From positions 1-38,416 of IMG/VR virus record IMGVR_UViG_3300037350_000013: a stretch of DNA of 38,416 bases, one strand, 5' to 3'. A program made the translations under genes and the position numbers. This DNA is from a virus (lineage: Duplodnaviria; Caudoviricetes). The notes under the pieces are model-generated. The model was not told the origin of the DNA. It did not search any database and was given only the letters and a program-made list of their open reading frames with translations. This document shows, piece by piece, positions 33,368 to 38,416 of this stretch. Numbering within the stretch: position 1 is the first letter of the stretch; the number at the start of each line of letters is the position of its first letter.

Positions 33368-34639
33368 ATGCCCGACAAGATCATCGAGATCCCTAACGTC
33401 GGCCGCATCGCCTTTCCCGACACGATGAGCGCGGACGAAATCAACACGGCGGCGAGCAAGCTCTACGCCGAGAAGAACGCGAATCATCCGCCGCCCGATC
33501 CGAAGCATTCGTGGGTCGATACGGCCGTGGATTGGCTCCCGACTGTCGGCGGCATCGCTGGCGGCATCATCGGCGGCATCGGCGGCACGGTGGCCGGAAT
33601 GGGCGTTGGTGGCGCACCTGGAGCCATCGGTGGCGCGACGCTCGGCGGCGCGTCCGGAGAAGCGGCCAGACAGTTGATCAATGACGTGCGTGGCAAGCCG
33701 ACTCTCTCAGCGAGTGAAGCCGCTGGAAAGATAGGCACGCAAGCCGCCTTGCAGGGGGCTGGAGAGGTCGCAGGAGCCGGCATCGCTGCCACCATGCAGC
33801 CAGTCGCGCGCACTCTGATGACGTCAGCTCTGAAGGGTGGCTTTAAAACGTCGCTGAAGGCCGCGAAAGCCGCAGAAGCGCCTCCGGTCGTGAACTTCTT
33901 ACTGAAGGAAGGCGTCAGTGTGTCTCCACGAGGCGTGGAGAAACTGAACACCATCATTGGCGCCTCCAATCAGGAGATTAAGAACGTTCTCGCGACGGTG
34001 CCGTTCGAGGTGAACCCATATCGAGTGACGTCGCGGCTTAGTGACGTCGCAAAGCGCGCGGCCTCTCAGGTCAATCCGAACGCAGATGTTGCCGCTATTG
34101 GGCGCGTCGGCAATGAGTTTTTGGAGAACCACGGCGGCAGGATGCTGTCAGGCCAGGAGGCGCAATCCCTCAAAACCGGCACGTATGCGTCGCTGGGAAA
34201 TAAAGCCTATGGTGAACTCAAGTCCGGCGACATTGAGGCACAGAAGGCGCTCGCGCGCGGCTTGAAAGAGGAAATCGAAACAGAGCTCGGAAACACCCTG
34301 CAGGGATTCAAGGGCAAGCTCGGTCTGGGTGTGGACATCGGCGCCGCGAATGCCAGGGAAGGTGCCGCACTTGAGGCGCGGGACGCTGTTGCGCGTCGGA
34401 CGGTGACGACTGGACAGCGAGACATCGGCGGCATCGGATGGGTCGCGGCACATCCCGCGCTGTTCCTTGCCTCACTGATGGACCGGGCTCCGGCTGTGAA
34501 ATCGCTGGTTGCGCGTGGCCTCTATTCAAGCGCTGGGATGGCGGCTCGCGTGGATCCGCAGTTGATCAAAGCGGCTGTCACCGCGATCGCGACTACCGCA
34601 GACGATTCGACGCCAGCCACAGAAGGCCAAGGCCGATGA
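33368..34639 (+). CDS. DNA ejection/internal virion protein with glycine-zipper segment
   Basis: I.FPD.MS..EI N-terminus; GGxxGGxxG repeats. Confidence 0.7.
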   Translation: MPDKIIEIPNVGRIAFPDTMSADEINTAASKLYAEKNANHPPPDPKHSWVDTAVDWLPTVGGIAGGIIGGIGGTVAGMGVGGAPGAIGGATLGGASGEAARQLINDVRGKPTLSASEAAGKIGTQAALQGAGEVAGAGIAATMQPVARTLMTSALKGGFKTSLKAAKAAEAPPVVNFLLKEGVSVSPRGVEKLNTIIGASNQEIKNVLATVPFEVNPYRVTSRLSDVAKRAASQVNPNADVAAIGRVGNEFLENHGGRMLSGQEAQSLKTGTYASLGNKAYGELKSGDIEAQKALARGLKEEIETELGNTLQGFKGKLGLGVDIGAANAREGAALEARDAVARRTVTTGQRDIGGIGWVAAHPALFLASLMDRAPAVKSLVARGLYSSAGMAARVDPQLIKAAVTAIATTADDSTPATEGQGR

Positions 34640-34838
34640 TGGCGACGATGGATTGCTTCACGCTCAGCCAACGGAAGTCTGGCGGGGGCCACTTTCCTGC
34701 GAGCGTCAATCGCGCGCGGCGGCGGGCTTCCTCGTCTGACAGCTCACTGGACCACGCATCAAGTCCGTCAATGACTCCGACGATGAGTCTTAGGACGAGA
34801 AGCGCGAGCAGGATGCCGCCGGCAATTTCCAACACCAT
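34593..34838 (-). CDS. Small two-TM membrane protein (moron)
   Basis: Hydrophobic ends; TGC-TAGACT-N8-ATG. Confidence 0.7.
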   Translation of the reverse strand: MVLEIAGGILLALLVLRLIVGVIDGLDAWSSELSDEEARRRARLTLAGKWPPPDFRWLSVKQSIVAIIGLGLLWLASNRLR

Positions 34839-34905
34839 AGCGGCTCAGTCTAGCAAGGGATGCGCCGATCTGGCGACCTTAACTCACGTCATGGAAGGGT
34901 AGGCA

Positions 34906-35211
34906 ATGGCGAACGCAATCCTCGTTCAGCCGATTTACCAGTTTTTCGATGACAACGGGGCTCCGCTCGCGGCGGGGAAGCTCTACCACTGGGTGGCCGG
35001 GGGTTCTTCGGTGATTGCGCCCGTTTTCCACAATTCCAACCTATCGAGCGCCTGGACGAACCCAATCGTGCTCGATAGTGCCGGCCGCATTCCGGGGCAG
35101 GTGTTCTGTCCGAGCGTCCCGGCGATCCGGTGGATCTTAACCGACGCGAACGATGTGCAGGTCGGGGCCACGGCTGACAACGTGTCCCAGTTCGTGCCAG
35201 CGACCGCCTAA
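34906..35211 (+). CDS. Stand-alone tailspike N-terminal (virion-anchoring) domain-like protein
   Basis: QFFD.NG.PLA.GKLY...AG....TNPIVLDSAGR...L.D......DNV. Confidence 0.75.
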   Translation: MANAILVQPIYQFFDDNGAPLAAGKLYHWVAGGSSVIAPVFHNSNLSSAWTNPIVLDSAGRIPGQVFCPSVPAIRWILTDANDVQVGATADNVSQFVPATA

Positions 35212-35229
35212 CGACGGAGCCGATCACCG

Positions 35230-35454
35230 ATGACCAACGAGCAGGAAGTCACCCTCGGGGAAATCTATCGTTCGCTGATGCGGTTGGAAAAGGCGATCGA
35301 GCCCCTGCTGGCGCTGCCGTCTCGCGTGGAAGCCACAGAGGTCAACATCCGCGAACTGCAAACGGATATGAAGTCCGTGCGCCGGGATGCGGCGGCGGTA
35401 TCCGGGGGGCTTGGCGTGATCGCCTTTCTCGCTTCGTGGGTGTTGCACAAGTGA
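35230..35454 (+). CDS. Coiled-coil protein with C-terminal TM, holin-like
   Basis: Directly upstream of the putative endolysin. Confidence 0.6.
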   Translation: MTNEQEVTLGEIYRSLMRLEKAIEPLLALPSRVEATEVNIRELQTDMKSVRRDAAAVSGGLGVIAFLASWVLHK

Positions 35455-35891
35455 CACTGGACCTGTATCGCGAACCGTCGACCGAGAAAACCACGATCGG
35501 GCGACTCGCGGTCAATGGCGTGTTCGCTAACTGGACGTTAGAGGATGTTGTCCGCGACGGGCCGAAGATCGCACACGAGACTGCCATCGCGCCCGGCACC
35601 TATCGCGTGATCATCACCTACTCGACGCGCTTTGAGCGGATGTTGCCGTTGCTGCTCGGCGTGCCGGACTTTAGTTCGATCCGCATTCACGCGGGGAACA
35701 CGGATGCGGATACGTCAGGGTGCATTCTGGTTGGTCAGCAGCGGGGCGACGATGCCGTGTGGCACTCACAGGCGGCACTCGATGCATTGCTGCCCAAGAT
35801 CGCCACGGCGCTCGCCAAGGCTGAACCCGTCGCGATCACGATTCATCCGGCTGTCGTGACCAATCCGTTTGGACGCACGGTGAGCGTATGA
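35451..35891 (+). CDS. DUF5675-like putative endolysin
   Basis: TIG.L...TLED.VR...ETAI..G.Y...IRIHAGNT..DT.GCILVG. Confidence 0.85.
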   Translation: MTLDLYREPSTEKTTIGRLAVNGVFANWTLEDVVRDGPKIAHETAIAPGTYRVIITYSTRFERMLPLLLGVPDFSSIRIHAGNTDADTSGCILVGQQRGDDAVWHSQAALDALLPKIATALAKAEPVAITIHPAVVTNPFGRTVSV

Positions 35892-35892
35892 C

Positions 35893-36228
35893 TCAGATTG
35901 CCGCGGCGCAGATGCGAGCGAGCCGCCAACCGCGCGCAGTCGGTTCAAAGCGCGCGACTGGAACGATGGTGCCTTCCATCACGACGTCTGAGAAGTGCGG
36001 ATCGAGCAGGCGCGTCGTTCGGATTCGGCGTTCGCTGACGCCGGCAAACACGAGCACCTTGCGGCCCTCGTATGTGGTGCAGTTGGGATAAATGACCGCA
36101 CACACCAGCGCGTTGCCGACGACTTCGACGTTCGCGATGGAAAACTCTCGCGGATTGGGATCAGGCGGCTGGATGTTTTGGTGCGGTCGCTCCAGCACGG
36201 AACAGCTCGACTTTTTCATCAGCCCCAT
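35893..36228 (-). CDS. Hypothetical phage protein (moron)
   Basis: YPNC..YEG.K.LV...LDPHF...P.ARF.PT..GW..A; TGT-TACGCT-N6-ATG. Confidence 0.8.
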   Translation of the reverse strand: MGLMKKSSCSVLERPHQNIQPPDPNPREFSIANVEVVGNALVCAVIYPNCTTYEGRKVLVFAGVSERRIRTTRLLDPHFSDVVMEGTIVPVARFEPTARGWRLARICAAAI

Positions 36229-36254
36229 ACGGAGAGCGTAACACAGGAGACGAC

Positions 36255-36506
36255 ATGCAGTTAGCGGGATACGCCGTCAAAGAATCAGACCTCACGCCGC
36301 GTCCTGACAAGGGCGCGAACAAATACACCGTGAAATCGTATCTGCCCGGTGGTCGCAATCTGACCGTGCTACCCGATGGCACGCTGACAGGCAGCGACGA
36401 CGACGGGGAGTATCAGATTTTCACCAAGGACGGCGCGAAAGTCGGCGTGACCTGTTCGCAGTATCCGACCGGCGCGTATGCGCTCCCGCTTCTGCTGGGC
36501 GTATGA
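36255..36506 (+). CDS. Small beta-strand protein
   Basis: RBS AGGAG; coupled to the next gene. Confidence 0.7.
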   Translation: MQLAGYAVKESDLTPRPDKGANKYTVKSYLPGGRNLTVLPDGTLTGSDDDGEYQIFTKDGAKVGVTCSQYPTGAYALPLLLGV

Positions 36507-37417
36507 GCAGCACTAGCGATCTGCTTTTGCTGGACGCGGGCACGTCTGGCCGTGCGTGGTCCCCCTGTCCTCGCACCTACAGCGGGAACATGTGCGGGAT
36601 CTACGTCGATGGCCTCCCTCCGGTGCCTGGAGGGGCCAGCAATCCAGCGCTCGTCCTGAGTTGGTTCCTCGATCGCTACGATTCAGCGGATCAGGCGCGC
36701 ATCAAAGCCCGGTGGAAGGCCGATGGCCTGACCGACGTGCTGGTGTCATGGCCCGATTCTCGAGCGATGGGCGCAACGCCGCAGTCGTTTGCAGCCTTTT
36801 GCGAAGCCCTCTACGCGGAAGGCTTTGAGCCCAACGTGTTCCTGTTGTCGAAGAACTACGATGCGCTCGACAGCCTTGACCAGATGAAGGCGAAGTGCCT
36901 CCCGGTGATTCAGGCGCTCATGAAGCGTGTCGGGCGCTGGTGTGTCGGCTGGGAGTTGTCGCTATGGCTGACGCCGCAGGACGTGCAGGCGTTGATCGAC
37001 TGGATGGCCCCGATGATTGTTCCGTGGGGCGGACGCCTGTATGTCCACTTCCAGGTCGAATACGCATCCTTCGCGCCGGAGCCGAATGCCTCGTTTGCGA
37101 AGTTCTGGAACGCGAACATCGGGAAACTCACGGGCCTGTTCTATCAGAGCGACGTGAATTGGACGCCGCAGGAACTACAGGACCGCATCAAGGATTCGCT
37201 CGACCGCTTCGCGGGGAACTACTTCTGCTCGCCGGACTCCGGTTTCGGTCATCCGTGGGATGACATCGCGCTTGAAACGAAGGCCGATGACGCATTCAAC
37301 CGGAACACACCAGAGGCGGTGCAGAACGTCTACGCACACGCCTCAGTGACGACGCCGCCAAGCGTAGGACCGCTCGGGCCGGTGCGTTGTATGGGGGCTG
37401 GAAATGGCGTGGCGTAG
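36503..37417 (+). CDS. 304-aa aromatic-rich protein, possible TIM-barrel glycoside hydrolase fold
   Basis: Alternating beta/alpha pattern; VGWE, YVHF and IALE motifs. Confidence 0.55.
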   Translation: MSSTSDLLLLDAGTSGRAWSPCPRTYSGNMCGIYVDGLPPVPGGASNPALVLSWFLDRYDSADQARIKARWKADGLTDVLVSWPDSRAMGATPQSFAAFCEALYAEGFEPNVFLLSKNYDALDSLDQMKAKCLPVIQALMKRVGRWCVGWELSLWLTPQDVQALIDWMAPMIVPWGGRLYVHFQVEYASFAPEPNASFAKFWNANIGKLTGLFYQSDVNWTPQELQDRIKDSLDRFAGNYFCSPDSGFGHPWDDIALETKADDAFNRNTPEAVQNVYAHASVTTPPSVGPLGPVRCMGAGNGVA

Positions 37418-37600
37418 CTATTCTGGCCGGTTGTTCAGAGATGCGACGAAGTTCGCGCGCAAGTCGAGTAGTTGCTGATGCAGTTCGCGCACTTTCACTT
37501 CCAACACATCGACGCGGGCCTGAAGTCGGGTGTTCTCGCGCTTGGCATCCGATGCAGCGTTCATCGCGTAGTCGGCAGTCTCGGGGGCGAAGATTTCCAT
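37418..37600 (-). CDS. 60-aa coiled-coil protein (moron)
   Basis: Leucine heptads; TGC-TATCCT-N8-ATG; fills the gap between + strand genes. Confidence 0.65.
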   Translation of the reverse strand: MEIFAPETADYAMNAASDAKRENTRLQARVDVLEVKVRELHQQLLDLRANFVASLNNRPE

Positions 37601-37622
37601 AGCACGAAAGGATAGCAGACAG

Positions 37623-37814
37623 ATGGACACGATTCACGCACTGTTCCAACTCGCCGCGGTGAAGGGCGCGATCATCGGCGGCGGGACCGCCCTGCTCGTG
37701 GACCTCCATGCGTGGTCCTCGGCAGACGATCCGTTCAACTGGCAGAAAAGCCTCAAGCGTGTGGTCGGTGGTGCGACCACGGGCGCGGCTGGGGCGTGGG
37801 GGATGAGCCTGTGA
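37623..37814 (+). CDS. Small membrane protein, holin-like
   Basis: Two Gly-rich hydrophobic helices; D..A......F.W motif. Confidence 0.6.
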   Translation: MDTIHALFQLAAVKGAIIGGGTALLVDLHAWSSADDPFNWQKSLKRVVGGATTGAAGAWGMSL

Positions 37815-38215
37815 GACGCCTACGCCTGATCCTCATCGCCGCGCTGCTCCTGACGCCCGCGTGTGGCGTGCCAACCTCTCTGCATACACCGCAAGGCGTC
37901 ACGGCCTACCGATCCGACGAAGCCGTGAAGCGTCTCGGTGAGCTTCAGAACGCCGTCATTGACGCGCAGCAGTCGGGGAAGATGCCCACGGCGACCGCTC
38001 GGGTGATCGTCGCGGGTATCAGCGGAGACGTGCGCGCGACGCCGCCACAGACAGGGCTGCTGGACGTGCTGCAACAGACGCCAGAAGGCTGGAAGGCGAC
38101 GGCGAAGGCATCCTGGGACGCGCTACGGACCCGCGTGCTGAGCGTGCCCGCGGTGGCGTCCTATGTCCCGATTCTCGATCCCCTGATTGCCGCGCTGCTG
38201 GCGCAAGGACAGTGA
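37811..38215 (+). CDS. Lipoprotein, possible spanin component
   Basis: RRLRLILIAALLLTPA-C signal/lipobox-like sequence. Confidence 0.65.
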   Translation: MRRLRLILIAALLLTPACGVPTSLHTPQGVTAYRSDEAVKRLGELQNAVIDAQQSGKMPTATARVIVAGISGDVRATPPQTGLLDVLQQTPEGWKATAKASWDALRTRVLSVPAVASYVPILDPLIAALLAQGQ

Positions 38216-38218
38216 CCG

Positions 38219-38389
38219 ATGGATGCGACGCTCGTAACGATCTTGGTGAAGGACATCGCCATTCCCGAACTGCTGGCGCTCTTACACAAGAGCCTGCCGA
38301 CGGATGCGGAGATGGTGATCAAGTTGTCGAAGGACATCAACGACGTCAAGGCGGTGGGCCAGTCGTTCCTCGACCAGACCCGTTCGTAG
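38219..38389 (+). CDS. 56-aa hypothetical protein
   Basis: MDATLVTILVKDIAIPELL...; AAGGA upstream. Confidence 0.6.
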   Translation: MDATLVTILVKDIAIPELLALLHKSLPTDAEMVIKLSKDINDVKAVGQSFLDQTRS

Positions 38390-38416
38390 ACGATTGCTGC
38401 CGATGGCTCGGCTACT

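Overview
The whole window looks like one high-GC temperate phage genome, apparently complete or nearly so, with P22-like (podovirus) morphogenesis genes. Left to right: an attP-type 3' half of tRNA-Asp(GTC) next to a tyrosine integrase; a cI/cro/xis/cII-like switch; a recombination and replication block (SSB-like, NinB-like, DEDD exonuclease, HNH, GIY-YIG, replication initiator); an array of small accessory genes with repeats at their boundaries; terS, a cold-shock-domain gene and terL; portal, scaffold, coat and decoration proteins; gp4- and gp10-like tail parts; GNAT (gp14-like) and ejection proteins; and a lysis region. Four observations stand out. (1) The gp10 tail hub is split into two genes, and its C-terminal domain is fused behind LamG-like and beta-propeller domains. 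(2) Five small antisense genes all share a leaderless extended -10 promoter layout. (3) A promoter + Tudor-like + RHH cassette is flanked by a synonymously recoded duplicate of a gene 3' end. (4) A duplicated late promoter feeds a highly structured leader upstream of the scaffold and coat genes. All protein family calls come from motif recognition by eye, not from database searches.
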